Shown here in pieces: positions 7,061 to 17,325 of a stretch of 64,000 nt of DNA. The notes under the pieces are model-generated. The model was not told where the DNA came from. It saw only the letters and a list, made by a program, of their open reading frames with translations, and ran no database searches. Source of the stretch: Microcystis sp. LSC13-02 (GTDB lineage Bacteria > Cyanobacteriota > Cyanobacteriia > Cyanobacteriales > Microcystaceae); assembly GCF_002282935.1 (NCBI RefSeq), contig NZ_MTBT01000043.1; one strand, given 5' to 3'. The stretch's first letter is position 1; every line of letters begins with the position of its first letter. A program made the translations under genes and the position numbers.

Positions 7061-10000
7061 TTACGACTGTTTTGGGTTGAGAATACTATTAATAATCAGA
7101 GCGTTTTTGGGAAGATAAGGAGGATCAATCATTTCACGATGAATACCAGTGGCATAATGATTGATTCTTTCTCCTTTTGTTGCTTGTATCCAATCATCTT
7201 GAGCTTCATAGTTTCCCTCAGCACGAATCAAATGAATAGTCCCTTGAATTTGTACATTTTTTAAGTCAGAATTCCAAAGAAAATTAAAGTATTCCCACAC
7301 TTGATTATAAGTGCGATCGCGGAGTTTTTGATTCTCTAAAAAGTAACCTCTTAATTCCTGACGTTTGGGATTTAATAAGAAAACATCAACCCCTTCTTGA
7401 ATCTCTGACATATCAGCTTTTTTAGCCTCACGTCCTCCTCTGTAAGTATCCAGTAAAATGACATCAGAAACAACTCTCCCTCGACTTTCTAATTGTTGAG
7501 CCATTAACATCGCTAAAAATCCGCCAGCGGAATGTCCCATTAATTTTATATCTTGATTCTGAGCCAAATCATCAATTAATTCAGCGTATTTTTTTAACAT
7601 TAATTCATCGCTAATATACCGGAAAGTATAAATAGCATAATTCGTTAGATACTCTGCTAAATTGGCATAAGCAGCAGCGAAACCAAGAGCGGGAGGAAAT
7701 AAAAAGACGGCTTTTTTTTGCGCCTTATTAAACAACACATACGGTCGTTCTTTCGGCTGAATATTCATCTCTTGAGCATAAATAATATAATCGCTTAATT
7801 CGGCGACTGTTGGCTTTTCATAAATCATTGATAAAGGAATTTCTATGGCCATTTTCTCATAAATTAAAGCCATAAGATTCATCGCTTGTAATGAATGACC
7901 CCCCAACTCAAAGAAGTTATCATTAACCCCTATCTTGCCAGCTTGTAGAAGTTGTTGCCAAAGACTTACTAAGATAGTTTCCGTTGAATTGCGGGGTGCT
8001 AAATAGGGTGATTCAACTAGAGAAGTCTCATCCGGTATAGGCAATTTATGAACGTCTATTTTTCCGTTAGGATTTAAGGGAAAATCCGACAACAGGACAA
8101 AAGCAGAAGGGATCATATAAACGGGTAATTTCTGTTGTAAGAAACGGTGCAGCTCCTGAGAAGTTAATAAAGTATCTTTTCTCATTACATAAGCAACTAA
8201 CCGTTGATTATGTAATGTGTCTTCCCGCATAATCACAACAGCTTGTTCGACGTTGGGATGAGTTTCTAAAACTGTCTGAATTTCTCCTAATTCAATACGG
8301 AAACCTCTCAGCTTGAGTTGATTATCAATTCGCCCTAAATATTCAATATTTCCATCAGGAAGATAGCGAGCTAAATCCCCCGTTTTATATAATTTCCCCT
8401 GACCAAAAGGATTAGGGATAAATTTTTCAGCCGTTAATTCGGGTTGATTGAGGTATCCACGAGCTAAACCCATTCCACCAATATGTAATTCTCCAGCAAC
8501 ACCAATAGGAACCGGTTGAAGATAGCTGTCGAGGATATAAACTTGAACATTAGCAAGGGGACATCCAATAGAAATTTGGGAATTTGGCTGACAGCACCAG
8601 CCAGTGGTATAAACGGCTGCTTCTGTCGGTCCATAAAAGTTATATAATTCACAGTTTAACTGCTGAAAAAATCGTTGATTGAGTTCATAAGATAAGGCTT
8701 CTCCCCCGACAATTACTCGTTTTAAACAGTGGCAATCTTTGCTCTTGGGATGTTGCAGAAAAACTCGCAATATTGAGGGAACACAAGTGAAATAAGTTAC
8801 TTGTTCTTGCACAATTAAATCTATTAAATAATCTATATCTTTATACCCGTCAGGTTTCGTCACGACTAGGGTAGCACCAGATGTTAAAGATGAGAAAACT
8901 TCCCAAACTGAAACATCAAAACTAAAGGGAGTAATTTGGAGAATGCAATCTTCAGAGGTAAGATTATAATAATCAATAGTGTATTTCAGAGTATTAGAAA
9001 TTCCTTGATGAATATTCATCACACCTTTAGGTTTTCCCGTTGAACCCGAAGTGTATATAACATAAGCTAAATTTTCTGGTTTAACTGGAGAGGTCAAATT
9101 CTCTTGACTATAATTAGCTATCCTTGACCAATCTGTATCTAAACACAGTATTTTGGGGCAATTTTCTGGTAGAGATTGAACTAAAGATTGCTGAGTTAAC
9201 AACAGAGAGATAGCTGAATCAGATATCATATAATCCAAGCGCTCAGGGGGATAATTAGGATCCAAAGGAACATAAGCTCCCCCGGCTTTAATAATTCCCA
9301 ATATTCCGATAATCATCTCAAAAGAACGCTCAATAAAAATCCCCACTAAAACTTCTGAGGTTACGCCTTTTTCTTGTAAATAGTGACCGACTTGATTAGC
9401 TCGATTATTTAACTCTCGATAGGTCAATTTTTCGCCATCAAAAATAAGAGCTATTGCCTCGGGATTATCTCTAACTTTTTCTTCAACTAACTGGTGCAGA
9501 CACTTTTGAGAATAAGCGACTTCGGTTTGATTCCACTCTATTAGTAATTGATGCCGTTCTTCAGGGGTTAATAAATTAATCTCAGATAATTGACAATCTG
9601 GATTCTGAATTACACTTTCAATAATTTGTAAAAAGTGACCGCTCATTCTGGCGATAGTTTCAGGCAAAAATAAATCTGGCTCATATTCAATAGCTAATAT
9701 AAGATTATGACTATCTTCAAAGAAGCTCCAAGTCATATCAAATTGAGCCATGCGTGGTTTTAGGGGATAGGGTTGATGTTCCAAACCTGGAATTTTTAAG
9801 ACAGTTTTGCTTTCTTTACCCAGTAGAGAAAACATGACATCAAATAAGGGATTTCGGGACAGATCTCGTTCTAAATTGAGAGCAGATACTAATTTATCAA
9901 AAGGATAATCACGATATTCATAAGCATCAAGACAGGTGTTAGTTACTTCCCCTAAGACTTGCTTAAAAGTTACTCCCTCTGGTAATAAAGATCTCAAAGC

Positions 10001-10933
10001 CAAGGTGTTAACATAAAACCCGATCTGGTTTTCTAAATCAGGATGATTTCGTGCTGAAATAGGGATACCAACTACTAAATCCCGTTGACCGGTGTGGCGG
10101 TAGAGTAATATTTTAAAGAAAGTCAGTAGGGTAATAAATAGAGTCGTATTATTTTGAGTTGCAAAGGTTTGTAATTGTTGGCTAAGACTCTCACTAAATT
10201 GATAAGTGTAGGAAGCCGCTTGAGAAGATTTTACTTGAGGTCGAGGGAAGTCTATCGGTAAGTTTAAGATAGGGGGATGTTCGGAAAAAACCTCACACCA
10301 ATACTCATGTTGTTCTCTAACTTCTTCACTTTCTAACCACTGATTTTGCCATGCCACATAATCTTTATACTGTAGGGTAAGAGGGGGTAATTCAGCTTTT
10401 TTTTGTTGACTATAAGCAGAGTATAATGTCAAGAACTCTTGAAAGATGACATCAAGTGATTGTGCATCTCCAATAATATGATGGACAGTCAAACCAAAGA
10501 TAAATTCTTCTGACTTAATCTGCACCAATAAGACTCGAACAAGGGGCAACTTTTCTAGACTAAAAGGTAAATTTGCCGAATCTTGAATCAAATCATATGC
10601 TAAAAGTTCAGCCTCTTTTTCTCCTCTTAAATCTTTAAAAATGATTAACTGTTCTGTGGGGATTTGCTCATGAATAACTTGCTTAATATTGCCCCCAACA
10701 CTGGTAAAAGTGGTTCTGAGAATTTCATGACGGTTCACCAGTTCTTGAAAGGCTGCTGTTAATATAGAAACATCTAACTTGCCATTAATTCTCATGGCAA
10801 GCCTAATATTATAAGCACTAGAAGATTCGCTGATATGCTGCAAAATCCAAAGCCTTCTTTGACCGTGAGAGACTTCGTAATATTTTTGTTTTTCCAGTGG
10901 GTTAATTGAGTCAGATTGTGGTAAGTTGATCAT
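7061..10933 (-). CDS. mcyC: Microcystin synthetase McyC (NRPS: C-A-PCP-TE)
   Basis: 1290 aa. Motifs: C (HHIIGDAQS), A (LTYRELNNRANQVGHYL, YTSGSTGKPKG, YKTGDL, NGKIDVHKL), PCP (FFELGGHSLQA), TE (LMGHSAGG). Its ATG overlaps the mcyB TGA as ATGA at 10930-10933. Its position and size match the last module of the mcyABC operon. Confidence 0.97.
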   Translation of the reverse strand: MINLPQSDSINPLEKQKYYEVSHGQRRLWILQHISESSSAYNIRLAMRINGKLDVSILTAAFQELVNRHEILRTTFTSVGGNIKQVIHEQIPTEQLIIFKDLRGEKEAELLAYDLIQDSANLPFSLEKLPLVRVLLVQIKSEEFIFGLTVHHIIGDAQSLDVIFQEFLTLYSAYSQQKKAELPPLTLQYKDYVAWQNQWLESEEVREQHEYWCEVFSEHPPILNLPIDFPRPQVKSSQAASYTYQFSESLSQQLQTFATQNNTTLFITLLTFFKILLYRHTGQRDLVVGIPISARNHPDLENQIGFYVNTLALRSLLPEGVTFKQVLGEVTNTCLDAYEYRDYPFDKLVSALNLERDLSRNPLFDVMFSLLGKESKTVLKIPGLEHQPYPLKPRMAQFDMTWSFFEDSHNLILAIEYEPDLFLPETIARMSGHFLQIIESVIQNPDCQLSEINLLTPEERHQLLIEWNQTEVAYSQKCLHQLVEEKVRDNPEAIALIFDGEKLTYRELNNRANQVGHYLQEKGVTSEVLVGIFIERSFEMIIGILGIIKAGGAYVPLDPNYPPERLDYMISDSAISLLLTQQSLVQSLPENCPKILCLDTDWSRIANYSQENLTSPVKPENLAYVIYTSGSTGKPKGVMNIHQGISNTLKYTIDYYNLTSEDCILQITPFSFDVSVWEVFSSLTSGATLVVTKPDGYKDIDYLIDLIVQEQVTYFTCVPSILRVFLQHPKSKDCHCLKRVIVGGEALSYELNQRFFQQLNCELYNFYGPTEAAVYTTGWCCQPNSQISIGCPLANVQVYILDSYLQPVPIGVAGELHIGGMGLARGYLNQPELTAEKFIPNPFGQGKLYKTGDLARYLPDGNIEYLGRIDNQLKLRGFRIELGEIQTVLETHPNVEQAVVIMREDTLHNQRLVAYVMRKDTLLTSQELHRFLQQKLPVYMIPSAFVLLSDFPLNPNGKIDVHKLPIPDETSLVESPYLAPRNSTETILVSLWQQLLQAGKIGVNDNFFELGGHSLQAMNLMALIYEKMAIEIPLSMIYEKPTVAELSDYIIYAQEMNIQPKERPYVLFNKAQKKAVFLFPPALGFAAAYANLAEYLTNYAIYTFRYISDELMLKKYAELIDDLAQNQDIKLMGHSAGGFLAMLMAQQLESRGRVVSDVILLDTYRGGREAKKADMSEIQEGVDVFLLNPKRQELRGYFLENQKLRDRTYNQVWEYFNFLWNSDLKNVQIQGTIHLIRAEGNYEAQDDWIQATKGERINHYATGIHREMIDPPYLPKNALIINSILNPKQS
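7313..7320. repeat. HIP1 octamer GCGATCGC
   Basis: Exact match read from the sequence. Confidence 0.95.
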
Positions 10934-13900
10934 CGTTTTTGTCGGGATTGAATTAATACAGCTTGTTCTTTTAAAGTATTATGGGTAAAAATTTCCCGTA
11001 ATCGGAGGGAAACCCCAAATTGATTACGGATTTGTGACACTAAGCGCATCGCCTTTAGACTGTTTCCTCCTAGTTCAAAAAATGACTGATTACTGTTACT
11101 CACTTCTGCTTCTAATAACTCACCCCAAAGGGAAGCTAATAAAGCTTCTTGTGGATTAAAATCTGGGACTTGGTTAGTTGAGTCAGTAATATTTTCTTCG
11201 GGTTTTGGCAAAGCTAGACGATGAATTTTTCCATTGGGTAACAAGGGAAAAGCTTCTAACCGCATTAAAAAGCTAGGCTGCATATAAATCGGTAAGAGTT
11301 GCTTTAATTTACCTCGAATATATTCCTGATGAACTGTATCCTCTGCTTGATAATAAGCAATTACGGTTACTAATTCCTCCTTTTTATTAGCTATAACTAA
11401 GGCTTTTTCTACTCCCTCAATCGCACTGAGGACATCTTCAATCTCTCCTAATTCAATCCGTACCCCATTTAATTTAATTTGGTTGTCACTGCGTCCTATT
11501 ACTTCTAAAGTTAGATCAGGAAGCAGTCTGCCTAAGTCTCCAGTACGATAAACTATATCCCTCCCCCCATTCAAAGGATTAGGCACAAAAACTGAATGAG
11601 TTAAGCTTTCATCTTGATAATAACCTTTTGTTAAATAGGGGGATTTAACGAACACTTCTCCTACTTCTCCTATTGCCCTGGCGCGATTTCCATCAACCAC
11701 TGCATAAGCGGCATCTGGCAAAGTTTGACCACCCGGAACCCGTTCATAGGGAATATTATTAGGGTTAGGAATTCGATAAAAATGCTTAACAAATGTAGTT
11801 TCACTCGCTCCATAAATATTGACAAATTCTGTCTGAGAGCCAAAAATTTGATGCCATTCAGCCAGTTCTTTCACAAATAAAGGCTCTCCTCCTAAGACAA
11901 AAATTCGCAAATTTTTCAGGAGATTATGAGCATTAATTAAACCACGCCCCATCTTTAAAAATAGACGCATTACCGAGGGGACAGTGTGTAGTAAGTTAAT
12001 TTTCCATTCTCCTATTCGCAGTAATAAAAGCTCTAAGTCTTCTCGCTCTGTACTCTCTGGAATATACAGAGTTCCCCCTGAGCATAAAGTCACACAGGTT
12101 TCCCTCAAATAAGCATCAAAATTAATTTGAGCAATTTGTAAACAGCGCCAACTTTCATTAATGCCAAATTCCCGTTTTTCCCAATCAATGAAATGACGTA
12201 AGCTGCCGTGACTGCCTAAAATTGCTTTAGGTTCACCGGTTGAGCCAGAAGTAAACATAATATAATTAGAATCATCAGCATCTGGCATAGCTAGAACGGG
12301 TTGCAGTTTGCTTAATTGGCAAGGAAACTCTTGATAATCCATGCCATTCCACTGATGATATTGCTGAATTTTATGAGCCTTAACCACTAAGATATGAGGC
12401 GGTTTTTCTAATGCGGATAGTTGGGGTTTAATCCCCTCTAAATTCTCCGCCGCAACTAAGATAATTTCGGGGCTAGTTTTAATCATCATGCGTTGCCGAC
12501 GCTCCTCTGGTTCATCTAAACGTAGAGGTAAATAGATTCCTCCGGCTTTAAATACTGCCAGCATGGCGATTAACTGACGATAATCTCCTTCTAGGAGAAC
12601 ACCACAAACCTTGTCTTTTTCCACGCCTAATTCTTTTAAGGCATAAGCCCAAAAGTTAGTTAGTTCATGTAATTCTTGATAGCTAAATTTACCCCCTGGA
12701 TAAATAATCGATGTTTTCTCCGGTTTGGCTTCAACTTGGTCAATAAAATCATGGATAATGGTACGGGTTTCTAAGCGAGGAATAGGATTGATAAAATTGG
12801 CGATGAAAGCGGTTTCTGCTGCCGATAACAAAGAAATGTCTTTGACGGGTTGGGCAGGGTTAGATAGCATTTCATTCAAGAGTTTATCGAAGTGAATGAG
12901 ACATTTTTTCATCCTCTCCTCTTGGAATAAGTCGGTGTTATAAATTAGCTCTAATCTGAGTTTTTCCTGAGCTTCACTAAACACAAAAGATAGATCAAAC
13001 TTACTGGTCGGGGTCAGGGAATCTAGAGATTTTATTTGTATATTTTCTAAGCCTACAGGTTGATCAAAATTTTGCAGAAGGACTAATATATCAAACAAGG
13101 GAGTGCGGTTAATTTCTCTAGAAACAGCTAATTTTTCTACTAAAATATCAAAGGGATAATCGGAATGTTCTAAGGCTTCGGTAACGGTTTGACGAACCTT
13201 TGCGAGTAGATTTTTGTAGCCTTTTTCGGGTTCAATTTGGTCACGAATAACTAAGGTATTGAGAAATAAACCGATTAGAGATTGCAGTTGAGGATGGTTT
13301 CTAGTGGCGATTTCTGTACCAATAGTAATATCATGTTGACCACTGTAGCGATACAGCAATATTTTGACAGCCGCTACCAATGCCATGAATAGGGTTATTT
13401 CGTTTTCTTGACAAATTTTTCTTAATTTAGAAATCGTTTCTCGGTCAAATGTCCAGCTTAAATGAGAACCCTTAAACGTCTTTATTTGGGGACGTTTAAA
13501 GTCTGTCGGTAAGTGAACTCTGGTCAGTTGTCCATTGTCCAGTTTTTGCCGCCAGTAATCTAGGTTTTTTGAATTATTTTCGCTCCTTAAAAGATTATTT
13601 TGCCACCCTGCATAATCTTTATATTGTATCGGCAATGGCTCTATATTAGGCTGTAATCCTTTGGCTAAATCAGAGTAGTATTCTAAGCATTCTTTAGCTA
13701 ACAAACTCATTGACCAACCATCACAGATAATATGATGAATTTCTAACTCCAAAATATATTCATTCGGAGACAGTTTATAAACCTTAGAGCGCACCAGGGG
13801 ACTTTTTTCTAAGTCAAACGCTTTTCTCTCTTTTGCAATCGTTTCTAAGATTTCTTCATCAGGTTTATTTGTCCAGTCTTTAAATTCCCAATCAAAAGGA

Positions 13901-16900
13901 CGATTTTGCAGGATTTTCTGTTGTGGTTCACCGTTAATTAAAATGAAAGATGTCCGCAGGGATTCATGACGGGAAATCAATAATTGTATGGCTTTTTCAA
14001 AGACATCTGGGCTAAAATTTCCTGCTATTTTGAGGGTGGAAACAATATGATAAGCTACATTATTGAGATCCATCTGTTGCAAAACATAGAAACGTCTCTG
14101 AGCATGGGATGTTTCGTAGGTTTCTTGTGCAGATACAAGGGGAATAGTGGCTACCGTCAGAGGGGTAACAGTGCTTAATAATTCTGCTTGTTCAGCAATG
14201 GTAGGATGAGCAAATACTTGTTTAATGGGCAAAGATTGCCCTAACTTTTCTTGAATTTTACTCACTAGAGAAATAGCTTTTAAGCTATGTCCTCCTAACT
14301 CAAAGAAGTTGTCATTAACCCCTATTTGTGATAGCTGAAGAACATCTTGCCAAATCTGAGCTAAGAGGCTTTCTTTTTCATTTCTTGGGGCTATATAAGC
14401 AGATTCAATAATTGATGTCTCATCGGGGACAGGTAATTTTTTCCTGTCTATCTTGCCATTGTTATTTAAGGGAAAATCTGACAACATGACAAAGGCAGAA
14501 GGAACCATATAAGCGGGGAGTTGCTGCTGCAAGAAACGGCGCAATTCTCCGATACCTAATGAGGGGAATTTTCTGACTATATAAGCGACTAAGCGTTGAT
14601 TTCCTGACGTATCTTCTCGCAAAATAACTACGGCTTTTTCCACTTGAGAATGGGTCTCTAAAACTGCTTCTATTTCCCCTAATTCAATCCGTAATCCCCT
14701 CAGCTTAACCTGATTATCAATGCGCCCTAAAAATTCAATATTGCCCTCTGGAAGATAGCGAACTAAATCCCCCGTTTTATATAATATACCCGAATTAAAA
14801 GGGTTAGAAATAAATTTTTCTTTAGTTAATTCCAGACGATTGAGATAACCCCGCGCTAACCCCACACTGCTAATATGTAACTCTCCAGGAACCCCAATCG
14901 GAAGCGGTTGTAAATTCTGATCTAAAATATAAATTTTTGTGTTAGAAATTGGCTTACCAATAGACGGGGATGAGGAGTTTCCTTCCTCATAATCGGGAAC
15001 TATTCCTGAAGTGGTTACTACTGTATTCTCTGTAGGACCATAATTATTAATAAGCTTAAAAGGCATTGATACTGAAGGATAATGATGGAGTTTATCCCCA
15101 CCCGTTAAGATAATTCTGAGGGCTATATTTTCATCCCATTCTAAAGATAAAATCTTCTCAACTAGGGGAGTTGGTAAAAAGCTGACGGTGATTTCTTGGG
15201 CAATTAACCAATCTCGCAACTCCGGGGGAGATTGCATGATTTCAGGTTTAACTAAGACAAGACTCGCACCGGCTGTTAAACAGGGCCATAACTCCCAAAC
15301 CGCAGCATCAAAAGCGCTTCTTGCTAGTTGAGTAGTTTTGTCTAAAGGCGTAATTTCAAAAGCGTCTTGATGCCAACAAATTAAATTCATTAACCCCCGA
15401 TGGCTAATTAATACTCCTTTGGGTTTTCCCGTTGAACCTGATGTATAAATAACATAGGCTAAATTCTCAGGAGTCGTTAGATTGAAGGGATTTTCTGGGC
15501 TATAGGTAGCTATCTTTTCCCAATCCCTATCTAAACACAGTAATTCGACACCAGTTTGGGGAAGAAAATCCCCTAAAGATTCCTGAGTTAACACCAAAGA
15601 AACACCCGAATCTGAGAGGATATCCCCCAAGCGCTCGGTAGGATAATCTGGCTCTAAAGGTACATAAGCTCCCCCAGCTTTTAATATCCCTAATAAACCG
15701 ATGACCATCTCTAGGGAACGCTCCATAAAAATCCCGACCAAACTTTCTGGATTTACACCCTTATCTCGTAAACAGTGAGCTAACTGATTTCCCCGGTTAT
15801 TTAACTGTTGATAGGTCAATTTGTGTCCTTCAAAAATAACCGCTATTCCCTCGGGATTCTGGGCAACTTGTTCCTCAAATAATTGATGTAAAGACTTATC
15901 TAAAGGATAATCAGCCTCAGTATTGTTCCACTCTACTAATAACTGATGTTGCTCTTCTGTTGTCAATATAGGTAATTGTGTTACTCGTTGCAGAGGTTCA
16001 GTAACAATTCCTGTTAAAATAGTCTGTAAATGTCCTGCCATCCGTTCAATCGTATCCTGAGTAAAACGGCCAGTATCATAGATTAACTGAATCAGTAACT
16101 CCTGTTTAGGAATAGCAACCACCGTCAAAGGATAATTAGTTTCCTCAAAATTCTCCACATCCTTAACCCTTAAGGATTGACGAGAATCTCTCGATAACGC
16201 TTCTCTGGGATAATTCTCAAAAACGACCAAACTCTCAAACAGGGGAACCCCCGGTGGAATATCACTCAATCTCTGTATTTCAGCCAGAGAAACATAAGCA
16301 TAATCCTGAATTTCTGCTTGCTTTTGCTGTAATTCCTGTAACCAAGATAGCAATAAATCTGATTCTCTGATGGAGACTCGCAGCGGCAATGTATTAATAA
16401 ATAATCCTACCCTATGTTCTACCCCTGATAAATCATGGGGGCGACCAGAAACCGTAACCCCAAATAAAACTTCTGACTCCCCACTATAGCGACTGAGAAG
16501 AATCGCCCAAGCGGCCTGTACTAGAGTAGATAAGGTCAGATTATGCTTTTGTGCCAAAGATTGCAGGTCTTTCGAGTGAGAAGCCGATAAATGACAGTTA
16601 TACTCTTTATAAGTCGGCTTACCTTCAGATTTCATTAACTGGAGTCTGTCCACCCTCAGGGGGGTGGGAGTCATAAACCCTTCAAGAGTTCGCTGCCAAA
16701 AACTCTCAGCAACAGATGGGTTTTGCTGCTGTAACCAAACAATATAATCTTGATAAGGACGCGGCAAAGGAAGATGATAACTTTTCCCTTGAATACCTGC
16801 CTCATAAAACCCTAAAACTTCTTGATAAATAATAGGCATACTCCAACCATCCAGAATAATATGATGATGATTGCAGAGGAATTTATAAGTTTGGTCTGAT

Positions 16901-17310
16901 AGTTGAATCATCAAGCAGCGCATTAAAGGAGCAACTTTGAGTTCAAACCCTTGTTGACGCTCTGTTTGTAACAATAAATCTAAACGTTGTTGTTGTTCTC
17001 TGGGGGAAAGATTGCGCCAATCTTGATAATCCCAAGGCAAATCAACCTTTTTTCGCACAATTTGCAGAGGTTTTTCCCGTTTTTCCCAAAGAAATAGAGT
17101 CCTTAATACCGAGTGACGCTCGACAACTTTTTCCCACGCTTGCCTAAAAACTGTAAGGTTAATTTCTCCCTCCAGAGTAATTAGAGTTTGGCTACAATAA
17201 ATCCCTGAATCAGGAGTATAGAGACTATGAAAGAGCATCCCTTCCTGCATGGGGGAAAGAGGATAAATAGACTCCACATTTTTGGCGGGTTGATTTTTTG
17301 TGTCTGCCAC
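10930..17310 (-). CDS. mcyB: Microcystin synthetase McyB (NRPS: C-A-PCP-C-A-PCP)
   Basis: 2126 aa. Motifs: C (HHHIILDGWS), A1 with eye-extracted code DAWFLGNVVK (Leu), PCP (FFELGGHSLKA), C (HHIICDGWS), A2 with code DARHVGIFVK, PCP (FFELGGNSLKA). The GTG start at 17310-17308 lies 8 nt after AAGGAG (17324-17319). Confidence 0.97.
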   Translation of the reverse strand: MADTKNQPAKNVESIYPLSPMQEGMLFHSLYTPDSGIYCSQTLITLEGEINLTVFRQAWEKVVERHSVLRTLFLWEKREKPLQIVRKKVDLPWDYQDWRNLSPREQQQRLDLLLQTERQQGFELKVAPLMRCLMIQLSDQTYKFLCNHHHIILDGWSMPIIYQEVLGFYEAGIQGKSYHLPLPRPYQDYIVWLQQQNPSVAESFWQRTLEGFMTPTPLRVDRLQLMKSEGKPTYKEYNCHLSASHSKDLQSLAQKHNLTLSTLVQAAWAILLSRYSGESEVLFGVTVSGRPHDLSGVEHRVGLFINTLPLRVSIRESDLLLSWLQELQQKQAEIQDYAYVSLAEIQRLSDIPPGVPLFESLVVFENYPREALSRDSRQSLRVKDVENFEETNYPLTVVAIPKQELLIQLIYDTGRFTQDTIERMAGHLQTILTGIVTEPLQRVTQLPILTTEEQHQLLVEWNNTEADYPLDKSLHQLFEEQVAQNPEGIAVIFEGHKLTYQQLNNRGNQLAHCLRDKGVNPESLVGIFMERSLEMVIGLLGILKAGGAYVPLEPDYPTERLGDILSDSGVSLVLTQESLGDFLPQTGVELLCLDRDWEKIATYSPENPFNLTTPENLAYVIYTSGSTGKPKGVLISHRGLMNLICWHQDAFEITPLDKTTQLARSAFDAAVWELWPCLTAGASLVLVKPEIMQSPPELRDWLIAQEITVSFLPTPLVEKILSLEWDENIALRIILTGGDKLHHYPSVSMPFKLINNYGPTENTVVTTSGIVPDYEEGNSSSPSIGKPISNTKIYILDQNLQPLPIGVPGELHISSVGLARGYLNRLELTKEKFISNPFNSGILYKTGDLVRYLPEGNIEFLGRIDNQVKLRGLRIELGEIEAVLETHSQVEKAVVILREDTSGNQRLVAYIVRKFPSLGIGELRRFLQQQLPAYMVPSAFVMLSDFPLNNNGKIDRKKLPVPDETSIIESAYIAPRNEKESLLAQIWQDVLQLSQIGVNDNFFELGGHSLKAISLVSKIQEKLGQSLPIKQVFAHPTIAEQAELLSTVTPLTVATIPLVSAQETYETSHAQRRFYVLQQMDLNNVAYHIVSTLKIAGNFSPDVFEKAIQLLISRHESLRTSFILINGEPQQKILQNRPFDWEFKDWTNKPDEEILETIAKERKAFDLEKSPLVRSKVYKLSPNEYILELEIHHIICDGWSMSLLAKECLEYYSDLAKGLQPNIEPLPIQYKDYAGWQNNLLRSENNSKNLDYWRQKLDNGQLTRVHLPTDFKRPQIKTFKGSHLSWTFDRETISKLRKICQENEITLFMALVAAVKILLYRYSGQHDITIGTEIATRNHPQLQSLIGLFLNTLVIRDQIEPEKGYKNLLAKVRQTVTEALEHSDYPFDILVEKLAVSREINRTPLFDILVLLQNFDQPVGLENIQIKSLDSLTPTSKFDLSFVFSEAQEKLRLELIYNTDLFQEERMKKCLIHFDKLLNEMLSNPAQPVKDISLLSAAETAFIANFINPIPRLETRTIIHDFIDQVEAKPEKTSIIYPGGKFSYQELHELTNFWAYALKELGVEKDKVCGVLLEGDYRQLIAMLAVFKAGGIYLPLRLDEPEERRQRMMIKTSPEIILVAAENLEGIKPQLSALEKPPHILVVKAHKIQQYHQWNGMDYQEFPCQLSKLQPVLAMPDADDSNYIMFTSGSTGEPKAILGSHGSLRHFIDWEKREFGINESWRCLQIAQINFDAYLRETCVTLCSGGTLYIPESTEREDLELLLLRIGEWKINLLHTVPSVMRLFLKMGRGLINAHNLLKNLRIFVLGGEPLFVKELAEWHQIFGSQTEFVNIYGASETTFVKHFYRIPNPNNIPYERVPGGQTLPDAAYAVVDGNRARAIGEVGEVFVKSPYLTKGYYQDESLTHSVFVPNPLNGGRDIVYRTGDLGRLLPDLTLEVIGRSDNQIKLNGVRIELGEIEDVLSAIEGVEKALVIANKKEELVTVIAYYQAEDTVHQEYIRGKLKQLLPIYMQPSFLMRLEAFPLLPNGKIHRLALPKPEENITDSTNQVPDFNPQEALLASLWGELLEAEVSNSNQSFFELGGNSLKAMRLVSQIRNQFGVSLRLREIFTHNTLKEQAVLIQSRQKR

Positions 17311-17325
17311 GAAAGATTCTCCTTA

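Noticed and set aside
6971-7264. 97-aa plus-strand ORF overlapping the mcyC 3-prime end
   Set aside because: It is antisense to the well-supported thioesterase-coding end of mcyC, and its product has no recognisable features.
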